Source: Nemertoderma westbladi (lineage: Eukaryota > Animalia > Xenacoelomorpha). Taken from it: a stretch of 64,000 nucleotides of DNA. The notes below the pieces were generated by a model, which did no database searches, was not told where the DNA came from, and worked only from the letters and a program-made list of their open reading frames with translations. The translations under genes and the position numbers were made by a program. Every line of letters starts with the position of its first letter. Positions within the stretch are counted from its first letter, which is position 1. Positions 52,756 to 64,000 of this stretch are shown piece by piece. The DNA lies in the NCBI GenBank assembly GCA_032718475.1, contig JAUCBJ010009046.1, positions 31,896 through 95,895 of the forward strand, given 5' to 3'.

Positions 52756-53229
52756 AATTTGATTAATAATTTATACATTCTATGGATGTTAAAACATATA
52801 AACAACTCTGAGTATCTTTCTGGTTTTCCTCCTTTTATATTATGAATGTTTGAATAGTTCATTATATTACACTCCGTCGTAGCTGGCGCCAGTGTGACAG
52901 ACACACAGACTACACTTTGACAGCTGAACAACATTTCACTACTTATTGTCAACTGGAGTTACGTACATTAATTATATTATTATTGTTCTATTTCTATTCA
53001 GTCAGTTAGTACAAGTTAGTACAGTTAGTCAAGCAGTACATCATTATTATATATCGTATCTAGGGCCTATTGTCCTCGTTATAATACTGTCATCAACTCA
53101 GGCTAAGCTCAATTGTAATGTAACTAGGTTTACTAGGTTTTGTATATTTGGGACGTTTACAACAGTTGTCGATTAAACTAACAAAACCAGAAAACTGAAC
53201 CACGGTGCCAGCCGGTTACCAACGACTGT

Positions 53230-54835
53230 CCATTTGATATCTGGATTGGCGCCACAATGATTCCATTTGATACCTGGATTGGCGCCACAATGATTCCATT
53301 TGATATCTGGTTTGGCGCCACAATGATTCCATTTGATATCTGGTTTGGCGCCACAATGATTCCATTTGATATCTGGTTTGGCGCCACAATGATTCCATTT
53401 GATATCTGGATTGGCGCCACAATGATTCCATTTGATATCTGCTTTGGCGCCACAATGATTCCATTTGATATCTGGTTTGGCGCCACAATGATTCCATTTG
53501 ATATCTGCTTTGGCGCCACAATGATTCCATTTGATATCTGGATTGGCGCCACAATGATTCCATTTGATATCTGGTTTGGCGCCACAATGATTCCATTTGA
53601 TATCTGGTTTGGCGCCACAATGATTCCATTTGATATCTGGTTTGGCGCCACAATGATTCCATTTGATACCTGGTTTGGCGCCACAATGATTCCATTTGAT
53701 ATCTGGTTTGGCGCCACAATGATTCCATTTGATATCTGGTTTGGCGCCACAATGATTCCATTTGATATCTGCTTTGGCGCCACAATGATTCCATTTGATA
53801 CCTGGTTTGGCGCCACAATGATTCCATTTGATATCTGGTTTGGCGCCACAATGATTCCATTTGATAGCTGGTTTGGCGCCACAATGATTCCATTTGATAT
53901 CTGGTTTGGCGCCACAATGATTCCATTTGATATCTGGTTTGGCGCCACAATGATTCAATTTGATATCTGGTTTGGCGCCACAATGATTCCATTTGATATC
54001 TGGTTTGGCGCCACAATGATTCCATTTGATATCTGGTTTGGCGCCACAATGATTCAATTTGATATCTGGTTTGGCGCCACAATGATTCCATTTGATATCT
54101 GGTTTGGCGCCACAATGATTCCATTTGATATCTGGTTTGGCGCCACAATGATTCCATTTGATATCTGCTTTGGCGCCACAATGATTCCATTTGATATCTG
54201 GTTTGGCGCCACAATGATTCCATTTGATATCTGCTTTGGCGCCACAATGATTCCATTTGATATCTGGATTGGCGCCACAATGATTCCATTTGATATCTGG
54301 TTTGGCGCCACAATGATTCCATTTGATATCTGGTTTGGCGCCACAATGATTCCATTTGATATCTGGTTTGGCGCCACAATGATTCCATTTGATACCTGGT
54401 TTGGCGCCACAATGATTCCATTTGATATCTGGTTTGGCGCCACAATGATTCCATTTGATATCTGGTTTGGCGCCACAATGATTCCATTTGATATCTGCTT
54501 TGGCGCCACAATGATTCCATTTGATACCTGGTTTGGCGCCACAATGATTCCATTTGATATCTGGTTTGGCGCCACAATGATTCCATTTGATATCTGGTTT
54601 GGCGCCACAATGATTCCATTTGATATCTGGTTTGGCGCCACAATGATTCCATTTGATATCTGGTTTGGCGCCACAATGATTCCATTTGATACCTGGTTTG
54701 GCGCCACAATGATTCCATTTGATATCTGGTTTGGCGCCACAATGATTCCATTTGATAGCTGGTTTGGCGCCACAATGATTCCATTTGATATCTGGTTTGG
54801 CGCCACAATGATTCAATTTGATATCTGGATTGGCA
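53230..54835. repeat. 33-bp minisatellite (TTTGATATCTGGTTTGGCGCCACAATGATTCCA), ~48 copies
   Basis: Direct tandem repeat; source of several spurious long ORFs. Confidence 0.96.
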
Positions 54836-55859
54836 AAATTTATATTCTCAATCAATAATTGTCCGACCAAGTAGAGTTAATTTGGTCAGGTTTCATGGAT
54901 AATTGGATTATTGACATTTCCCTAGGTACACACAACATCATTTTATCACTTTTAACGATTTCAACGTTTTGTCGCCTAATAAGCCACTCCCCTAAAGCGT
55001 TGTCACACAAAATTAAATAGCTGAATTGAATTAATTCGTCTCAGAACTGGACGAAAAACTCGCGCTGAACTTTTCTTTTAATCATATTCATATTTGACGT
55101 CAATTCTACCCCGCAGTAATTATTCATATAATTGTTGCTTCACATTGATGGTTCATTAGCTATTCATTGTCCATGTCACGTAAAGTAATCAATGATTAAT
55201 ACATTTTAGGGTTGGCGAGCGAAGAAATGTGTTTGGCTTGAAACTCTTTTGTGTCAACGGGTATCGGAGCACCCGGGATCGAGTGGCGATGAGTGCGGTA
55301 ACGGAGCACCCGTGATCGAGTGGCGATGAGTGCATTTTTGTTAGTGCGCTGAGAAATAGAATTTCGTCAACTTAATGGCATTCCCTTTTATGGGGCGAAA
55401 TGCATATAAGTATCAGGTAATTGTATACTCCGATGATATATTTGAGATTTGATATATTTGATGAGTTTCACTCAGACACTCAGTTAGGAGCTCAAAAATT
55501 ATTTTGTAGCAAGATTTTCAGATATTTATTAATGCTCTAAAATATGTTAGATAAGTAAACAAATTTTAACACTATTTCGTTCTGTCTTTATTAAAGAATT
55601 AAGCAACAAAAATTACCAATTGAAGAATAAAATTACGTATTACATGACAAAAATACTTACTCGGTTTATAAAATACCTCGAGAATAGTGAAATAAGTTCC
55701 ATTTTTTTTCACAAGAAATAAAATTAATAATTTTTATTGTCACGATGTTATATTGCCAGAAGAAGAGTTTATTTGTAACGAGTTTTATTTGTAGCAAATA
55801 CTACTACAAGGATCGGCATGCTGCATTGCAGCTGCATTATATATATATTACATATATAT

Positions 55860-56440
55860 TAAGAATGCTGTGCCGGCTTGTTGACAAAATTGCACCGCCA
55901 CAACTCCCTATCACCCATGATATTTGCTAGATCATCCGCATCTTTAAGGCCAGTGTCCATTAAGATGCGTCTCAAGAAAGTCATGGGCTGTCCACCACGC
56001 TTATTCACTCCATGAGGCCGCCAAAGCACAAGATTATGCACTGGCTGGTCCTCACGGCGAAAGCAATGTCATGCAAAGCGGGGGCGGCTTTGGTCTAGTG
56101 TCAAGCTTGGGGGAACCAATGAGATACCTCCAATGTTATATAGTCTGGTTGGAGATGTGTGCATTGTACTTGACACAATGAATCCGGCGTAGCATTCTTG
56201 TGAATGTGTCATCCAAAGATTTGGTGTCCTCAGCAGTTAGAGCCCAGCATGGACTCCCATAGAGGAGTACTGGAACTACTGCTGCTCTAAATAATAGGAC
56301 ATTAAGTTTCCGATGAATTCTCTGTGACTTCCAAATCCTGGAAAGCCTATTCAAGGCTGCCCATGCCTTTCCCTTACGTATTCGAAGGTCCTCACTTGAC
56401 TTCCGGATCCATGATCCCAGGGCTTTGTAGCAAATAAGGA
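55860..56440 (-). mobile_element. 5'-truncated, degraded RTE-like non-LTR retrotransposon 3' end
   Basis: DLRIRKGKAWAALNRLSRIWKS…VPVLLYGSPCWALT…RMLRRI and LVLWRP…RGGQP…DRELWR are typical RTE ORF C-terminal motifs; broken by stops/frameshift; (TA)n near the 3' end. Confidence 0.8.
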
Positions 56441-56574
56441 ATAGTTTCCGAGGCATTTATTGACTTGCTTGTACTAAATATTCCATATTACCAAAGGTTT
56501 TGTTTAAGATCGAAATATATGTTATAAAGCCGATGTAAAATTCAGAGTTACCAGCGCAGCACAGGGATGTCATG

Positions 56575-58996
56575 GTGGCATGCAGAATGGCAAAGTACTG
56601 CAGAGTAATTGCGGAATCCGTGGCATGCAGAATGGCAAAGTAACACTGATGCTGCAGAGTAATTGCGGAATCCGTGGCATGCAGAATGGCAAAGTAACAC
56701 TGCTGCTGCAGAGTAATTGCGGAATCCGTGGCATGCAGAATGGCAAAGTAACACTGCTGCTGCAGAGCAAGTGTGGAATCCGTGGCATGCATAATGGCAA
56801 AGTAACACTGCTGCTGCAGAGTAATTGCGGAATCCGTGGAATGCAGAATAGCAAAGTAACACTGGTGCTGCAGAGTAATTGCGGAATCCGTGGCATGCGG
56901 AATGGGAAAGCAACACTGCTGCTGCAGAGTAATTGCGGAATCCGTGGCATGCAGAATGGAAAAGCAACACTGCTGCTGCAGAGTAATTGCGGAATCCGTG
57001 GCATGCAGAATGGAAAAGCAACACTGCTGCTGCAGAGTAATTGCGGAATCCGTGGCATGCGGAATGGGAAAGTAACACTGCTGCTGCAGAGTAATTGCGG
57101 AATCAGTGGCATGCGGAATGGGAAAGTAACACTGCTGCTTGCAGTGTAATTGCGGAATCCGTGGCATGCAGAATAGGAAAGTAACACTGCTGCTGCAGTG
57201 TAATTGCGGAATCTGTGGCATGCGGAATGGGAAAGTAACACTGCTGCTGCAGAGTAATTGCGGAATCCGTGGCATGCAGAATGGAAAAGCAACATTGCTG
57301 CTGCAGAGTAATTGCGGAATCCGTGGCATGCAGAATAGCAAAGCAACACTGCTGCTGCAGAGTAATTGCGGAATCCGTGGCATGCAGAATGGGAAAGTAA
57401 CACTGCTGCTGCAGTGTAATTGCGGAATCTGTGGCATGCGGAATGGGAAAGTAACACTGCTGCTGCAGAGTAATTGCGGAATCCGTGGCATGCAGAATGG
57501 AAAAGCAACATTGCTGCTGCAGAGTAATTGCGGAATCCGTGGAATGCAGAATAGCAAAGCAACACTGCTGCTGCAGAGTAATTGCGGAATCCGTGGCATG
57601 CGGAATCGGAAAGCAACACTGCTGCTGCAGAGTAATTGCGGAATCCGTGGCATGCAGAATGGGAAAGGAAGACTGCTGCTGCAGATAAATTGCGGCATCC
57701 GTGGCATGCAGAATGGCAAAGTACTGCAGAGTAATTGCGGAATCCGTGGCATGCAGAATGGCAAAGTAACACTGCTGCTGCAGAGTAATTGCGGAATCCG
57801 TCGCATGCAGCATGGAAAAGTAACACTGATGCTGCAGAGTAATTGCGGAATCCGTGGCATGCAGAATGGGAAAGTAACACTGCTGTTGCAGTGTAATTGC
57901 GGAATCTGTGGCATGCGGAATGGGAAAGTAACACTGCTGCTGCAGAGTAATTGCGGAATCCGTGGAATGCAGAATAGCAAAGTAACACTGCTGCTGCAGA
58001 GTAATTGCGGAATCCGTGGCATGCGGAATGGGAAAGTAACACTGCTGCTGCAGAGTAATTGCGGAATCCGTGGCATGCAGAATGGGAAAGTAACACTGCT
58101 GCTGCAGAGTAATTGCGGAATCCGTGGCATGCGGAATGGGAAAGTAACACTGTTGCTGCAGAGTAATTGCGGAATCCGTGGCATGCGGAATGGGAAAGCA
58201 ACACTGCTGATGCAGAGTAATTGTGGAATCCGTGGCATGCAGAATGGGAAAGTAACACTGCTGCTGCAGAGTAAGGGGCCGTCCAAGTATGACGTCTGCA
58301 CTTTTCCCCAAAATGTTGACCCCCTCCCTCCCCTAAATCAGATGTCATCAGATAGGCGTTGACCCCCCCCCCCCCCCCCCCCCTCCTAAATCAGATTAAA
58401 AAAAAATTTGTAATAAACTTAATAGTTTATTACAAAAATTTTATTATTTTTTTTTTTTATTATGAAGATGTTTCATTTTCAGGCGAACCCCAGTACCGCA
58501 GTACCCCAGTAGCACGCGTCCTAATCACTGAAACATGGTGACTGGTAACTGAAACAGAAGGTTGTGCTAGGGGCCTTCGGGGGCTTCGAACAATTAAAAT
58601 AGGCAAGCTATTTACTCTTCTGCTATATCTCTTCTAGCACCTATAAATGAACATGCTGACGTCAGATTTTGGCTGACCCCCTCCCCTCCCCTCATCAGCA
58701 CGTCATCAGATTTTCCCAACCCCCCTCCCCCCCTAAAGTGCTGACGTCATACTTGGACGGCCCCTAATTGCGGAATCCGTGGCATGCGGAATGGGAAAGC
58801 AACACTGCTGATGCAGAGTAATTGTGGAATCCGTGGCATGCAGAATGGGAAAGTAACACTGCTGCTGCAGAGTAATTGCGGAATCCGTGGCATGCAGAAT
58901 GGGAAAGCAACACTGCTGATGCAGAGTAATTGTGGAATCCGTGGCATGCAGAATGGGAAAGTAACACTGCTGCTGCAGTGTAATTGCGGAATCCGT
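56575..58996. repeat. 54-bp minisatellite (GCAGAGTAATTGCGGAATCCGTGGCATGCAGAATGGGAAAGTAACACTGCTGCT), ~36 copies, interrupted by a MITE
   Basis: Direct tandem repeat. Confidence 0.95.
58275..58764. mobile_element. PIF/Harbinger (Tourist-like) MITE, 490 bp
   Basis: TIR GGGGCCGTCCAAGTATGACGTC(T/A)GCACTTT at both ends; TAA target duplication (58272-74 / 58765-67) inside a satellite unit. Confidence 0.9.
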
Positions 58997-59436
58997 CAAA
59001 ATTCTTTCAACTTACTGCAGTACCGGTACCAGACAGACAGAGTACAGGAATACTGGCAGTGCAGCAGCTGGCAGGCTTGTTTGGCTGTTTGGTTACACTC
59101 CTTCAAAATTTAAATTTCATTGTTTCAACGCGCGGCGCGCTTACATTATTTGTTGGCACGCGGTTTACTTCGTAATTGCATCGGCGCGGTGGCGCGCATA
59201 AAAAATGGTCGGCGCGCTATCCGGCGCACTTTTTGGATGGATTCCATACAGGAACAGGACTAGACCTACTGCATACTGACGGACAGACGTGTTACTGTCC
59301 TAGTACTGTTCTGCCGTTCTGCCGATACCATACAAGTAGGTACATAGGCCTATCAGCCTACTGGCCTATATGCTATAGGAATACAGGAATAGGCCTACTG
59401 GAATAGGATAGGCGTACTGATATATAGGCCTAAATA

Positions 59437-60384
59437 ATGTCGCCCAGCCGAGTTCTAATTCTTCCTTCCTATACTACCGGTACCGGTACTGATGGCTCCG
59501 CTTATAAGGCGAACCCTCGTACAGGTGCGCCTCCCAACACCTCTGACTCCCCACCAGACTCTCCCACTGTCCCCCACCCTCCAGTACACCTCACCACTAC
59601 GCAACTCCCTTGCCCGGCTACAAACAACCCGCGTTTATTCCTCCTCGATGTCGATTCGACCATCGAGCTCCTGGAAGTTGACACCTCCCCGAGCTCGTGG
59701 TTCATTGGCGATTCTGTTGTCCGCAACGGCAACTACTACGTCGGAACACCAATCGACGAACTATTCCTATTACTTCCCTACTTAGACAAACATTGCTCCA
59801 ATGTATTTATGAAATTAGACCAGGCGGTGGCCACAAAATACCAACATATAAATAAACTTATCGATAAGCCAGGGGTTCGGGACAGATTGGAGGAAATTTG
59901 TGACCGAAGGATTGTCGATAACGAGACATACTTCCGTTATAACGTGGATAAAACTTTGTCGTGGTTGGAAGGTAAGGTCGCCCGGGTGGTAGAGGCTCTG
60001 AAGAGCGAAGGGGTTAATGTGTCAGGTGGGGCGACAGCCGATGGATATTTTAAGGCGGAAAATGTTACGGATGAGGATTATAAACTTTGCGCGTGGGAAC
60101 TTGTGTCTCAGTACGTAACTCCGAGTCTTAGTTACAGTCTGAAGCAACGGTTGTGTCTCCCAGAGGTTAAGGTGGAAGTTGTAGCTGATACTAAGGCGTC
60201 TGTTGTAGTGAAGGATGTTGATGATGATGGGGTTGTAGGTCCGCTAGATGATTACAGTAAAGGATTGTCTAACCAAGGAAAACAACCAGGTACTGCCGGT
60301 AAAATGACAATCGCTCAAAAGCGGTTGGCTAAAGTCGATACCAGTGGAATGAAATCCATTACTAGTTTCTTTACTAAGAAATAG
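59437..60384 (+). CDS. RNASEH2B: Ribonuclease H2 subunit B, single coding exon
   Basis: SWFIGDSV..NG..YV.TPID.LFLLLPYL, YFRYN..KTL.WL..KV, and C-terminal LAKVDTSGMKSITSFF PIP-box; intact 315-aa ORF. Confidence 0.92.
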   Translation: MSPSRVLILPSYTTGTGTDGSAYKANPRTGAPPNTSDSPPDSPTVPHPPVHLTTTQLPCPATNNPRLFLLDVDSTIELLEVDTSPSSWFIGDSVVRNGNYYVGTPIDELFLLLPYLDKHCSNVFMKLDQAVATKYQHINKLIDKPGVRDRLEEICDRRIVDNETYFRYNVDKTLSWLEGKVARVVEALKSEGVNVSGGATADGYFKAENVTDEDYKLCAWELVSQYVTPSLSYSLKQRLCLPEVKVEVVADTKASVVVKDVDDDGVVGPLDDYSKGLSNQGKQPGTAGKMTIAQKRLAKVDTSGMKSITSFFTKK

Positions 60385-61207
60385 TTGATGTTCTTTGAGT
60401 TGTTTGTTTTCTATATTATAGGCCTATGATTTATTTACATACTACCTAAGTAAAGTGCATTAGAGTTCAGCTACTTGTTAATTAACTATCGGTATTTCGA
60501 ATTTGTTTGTCAGGGTGAAATTATAAATCTCTATCACTATTGCTTGACTTTGTAATGATTTACTTACCACTGGCCCTATTATTATTATTATCTTTATGCA
60601 ATATATATAATGTGCAATTTATTACAAGTATCGTTTTTCTTCACCCAAATATAATGTATAATTAACCATACAATTAAACTGACAACCTGTATCATCATTT
60701 TACTAGTAATTACGTCAGGTGTTACAACCACTTTAAGTCGACATTGCCAACACAATAAGCCCCTTATATTATAGGCTGTCAAGCCCATTGATTAACCAAT
60801 CCAATTGCTCTATTAATGGGTGATGACGTTGTACTTACATCCCATTGGTGTTCCACTGACGTTTTACTTACTGTCTTCCACTATTTTTTCCACTATAATA
60901 TCCACATGCTCTCGCTCTCGCTCTGCTTTAGTTATTGTTGTTTCCTTTACAACGTAATTAAGTATTATCAATAATTTTTCTCCTAACTTCGGTTTCCATA
61001 AAGCCACAAACTATCAACTACGATATTGTTGTTAAAATAATTAAATTAACTGCTAGATTATAGACTTACTATAATTACTTGATGGAGATTATAACAGTTT
61101 TGGTATTTAGTTGTATTTTTTTTATTAATTTCTGTTGCTAAGGGAGATTGATTTCTGGGACAGTAACTGTAACTAATTGTTGATTGATGATGTGGATACC
61201 ATAGAAG

Positions 61208-63094
61208 TGCCCGTGGGTACACATACTGTAGTAGTGCCCGTGGGTACACATACTGTACTAGTACCCGTGGGTACACATACTGTAGTAGTGCCCGTGGGTA
61301 CACATACTGTAGTAGTGCCCGTGGGTACACATACTGTAGTAGTGCCCGTGGGTACACATACTGTAGTAGTGCCCGTGGGTACACATACTGTAGTAGTGCC
61401 CGTGGGTACACATACTGTAGTAGTGCCCGTGGGTACACATACTGTAGTAGTGCCCGTGGGTACACATACTGTAGTAGTGCCCGTGGGTACACATACTGTA
61501 GTAGTGCCCGTGGGTACACATACTGTAGTAGTGCCCGTGGGTACACATACTGTAGTAGTGCCCGTGGGTACACATACTGTAGTAGTGCCCGTGGGTACAC
61601 ATACTGTAGTAGTGCCCGTGGGTACACATACTGTAGTAGTGCCCGTGGGTACACATACTGTAGTAGTGCCCGTGGGTACACATACTGTAGTAGTGCCCGT
61701 GGGTACACATACTGTAGTAGTGCCCGTGGGTACACATACTGTAGTAGTGCCCGTGGGTACACATACTGTAGTAGTGCCCGTGGGTACACATACTGTAGTA
61801 GTGCCCGTGGGTACACATACTGTAGTAGTGCCCGTGGGTACACATACTGTAGTAGTGCCCGTGGGTACACATACTGTAGTAGTGCCCGTGGGTACACATA
61901 CTGTAGTAGTGCCCGTGGGTACACATACTGTAGTAGTGCCCGTGGGTACACATACTGTAGTAGTGCCCGTGGGTACACATACTGTAGTAGTGCCCGTGGG
62001 TACACATACTGTAGTAGTGCCCGTGGGTACACATACTGTAGTAGTGCCCGTGGGTACACATACTGTAGTAGTGCCCGTGGGTACACATACTGTAGTAGTG
62101 CCCGTGGGTACACATACTGTAGTAGTGCCCGTGGGTACACATACTGTAGTAGTGCCCGTGGGTACACATACTGTAGTAGTGCCCGTGGGTACACATACTG
62201 TAGTAGTGCCCGTGGGTACACATACTGTAGTAGTGCCCGTGGGTACACATACTGTAGTAGTGCCCGTGGGTACACATACTGTAGTAGTGCCCGTGGGTAC
62301 ACATACTGTAGTAGTGCCCGTGGGTACACATACTGTAGTAGTGCCCGTGGGTACACATACTGTAGTAGTGCCCGTGGGTACACATACTGTAGTAGTGCCC
62401 GTGGGTACACATACTGTAGTAGTGCCCGTGGGTACACATACTGTAGTAGTGCCCGTGGGTACACATACTGTAGTAGTGCCCATGGGTACACATACTGTAG
62501 TAGTGCCCGTGGGTACACATACTGTAGTAGTGCCCGTGGGTACACATACTGTAGTAGTGCCCGTGGGTACACATACTGTAGTAGTGCCCATGGGTACACA
62601 TACTGTAGTAGTGCCCGTGGGTACACATACTGTAGTAGTGCCCGTGGGTACACATACTGTAGTAGTGCCCATGGGTACACATACTGTAGTAGTGCCCATG
62701 GGTACACATACTGTAGTAGTGCCCGTGGGTACACATACTGTAGTAGTGCCCATGGGTACACATACTGTAGTAGTGCCCATGGGTACACATACTGTAGTAG
62801 TGCCCATGGGTACACATACTGTAGTAGTGCCCATGGGTACACATACTGTAGTAGTGCCCATGGGTACACATACTGTAGTAGTGCCCATGGGTACACATAC
62901 TGTAGTAGTGCCCATGGGTACACATACTGTAGTAGTGCCCATGGGTACACATACTGTAGTAGTGCCCATGGGTACACATACTGTAGTAGTGCCCATGGGT
63001 ACACATACTGTAGTAGTGCCCATGGGTACACATACTGTAGTAGTGCCCATGGGTACACATACTGTAGTAATGCACGTGGGTACACATACTGTAG
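61208..63094. repeat. 27-bp minisatellite (GTAGTAGTGCCCRTGGGTACACATACT), ~70 copies
   Basis: Nearly perfect tandem repeat. Confidence 0.96.
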
Positions 63095-63757
63095 TGTACT
63101 GTACAGTACAGTAGGCCTTGTTACTACACCTTGGGTACCTAATACCCATTTTTTGACGAATTCTTTCATATGAAAATGGCTTTTACCATGAGGTTTTTTG
63201 TTCTGGAACAATTATTTGAACTTCTGGCAGTAATATGGAGGGGCACTGGTATTGCTTGGGTGACCCTTTTTGACCAATTCTGATTAAAATCAATTAGATA
63301 CTTCCACGGCATTTTTTTGAAAATTTTTTTCTTTGAGTATGGTTTGCTGACATTCGATTTAGTGGTAGCTAGTAAATTTTTTTGGTAGCTAGTGTTTTTA
63401 AAAATACAAAAAAAAATAATTTTTCTGCATTTATTTAAAACTATAGTCACCATTTTTCAATAAATTCTAGAATGTATTTTTTCTCATGTTATAGATCAAT
63501 TATAGTATAGTAGATCATGTATACAGCTAATTCGTGAGAATTTTTATATATTTTTATGGGTATTGTGTTTCATGGCGTTTTATGTTCTAGAACATGTTAA
63601 CAATTTGATATTGTCTACTAAATTTTTTTCTGTTCTAGAACATTATTAGTTATAGTAGCTAAGCTAGTGTATTTATGGAGCTATTTTAGTAGGTATTTAA
63701 AATATTTAAAACTGATTATTTCTTAATGTTGCGAATGGCTATATGTTGGAGGTAGGT

Positions 63758-63964
63758 GTAAAACGCGGATCCGGATTCCAAAATTATAAATTAAGGGAAA
63801 GGAGCAGGTAACAGTGGCACGTTATTTTAACCAAAACAATAAACTAAAGTCAATAGAACAGGTTATATATAGTTTTATTTTTGGGAGTTATAAAAATGTA
63901 AAAAAAATCGACTTCCGTAGGGGCAATGTTAAATGTAGAACCCGGATCCGGATCCGAGTTTTAC
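63758..63964. mobile_element. Small degenerate MITE-like element
   Basis: GTAAAACGCGGATCCGGAT at the left is an imperfect inverted repeat of ATCCGGATCCGAGTTTTAC at the right. Confidence 0.5.
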
Positions 63965-64000
63965 TCTGACCCATATGTCAGTATGTTGGGTGGTTAACAA

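Noticed and set aside
52871-52934. Alternative signal-peptide exon MLFSCQSVVCVSVTLAPATTE (minus strand)
   Set aside because: Weak donor (T|GTAATA); the 46819-46912 candidate has a consensus donor and better start context.
53173-54870. 250-565-aa repetitive ORFs (e.g. KWNHCGAKPDI repeats)
   Set aside because: The 33-bp unit is a multiple of 3 and open in several frames on both strands; no unique coding flanks.
55265-55333. Two-copy direct repeat CGGAGCACCCG.GATCGAGTGGCGATGAGTGC
   Set aside because: Simple local duplication with no supportable function.
56457-58362. 400-600-aa Cys/Gln-rich ORFs
   Set aside because: Translations of the 54-bp satellite, open in many frames and interrupted by a frameshift and a MITE.
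60882-61010. Possible minus-strand exon (FVALWKPKLGEK…VEKIVED|gtaagt)
   Set aside because: Open frame with splice-like ends, but no recognisable homology or partner exons.
61058-63211. 600-700-aa repetitive ORFs (HGHYYSMCT, VVVPVGTHT, etc.)
   Set aside because: 27-bp satellite open in four frames; no evidence favouring any frame.

Overview
AT-rich animal (metazoan) genomic DNA, about three quarters tandem repeat. The ORF track misses the main gene: a minus-strand, spliced nicotinic acetylcholine-receptor-type Cys-loop ligand-gated ion channel subunit. It has four in-phase coding exons here (46912-46819 candidate signal peptide, 32594-32461, 3195-3044, 2595-2412; 188 codons) and continues off the left edge. 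Two of its introns begin with tandem arrays whose unit is the end of the preceding exon plus its own 5' splice donor. One is a ~29-kb array of roughly 750 38/40-bp units (with a 100-N gap); the other has ~22 44-bp units. Intron 1 holds further satellites, a MITE-like element and a complete, very young 4.4-kb Ty3/Gypsy-order LTR retrotransposon. That element has identical 175-bp LTRs with TA...TA ends, a GCCTG target duplication, a -1 frameshift signal, an FRDD RT motif, and a non-canonical PBS resembling the 5' end of tRNA-Lys. The right part holds four more minisatellites, an RTE-like LINE remnant, a PIF/Harbinger MITE and an intronless RNASEH2B. Almost all long ORFs in the track are translations of tandem repeats.
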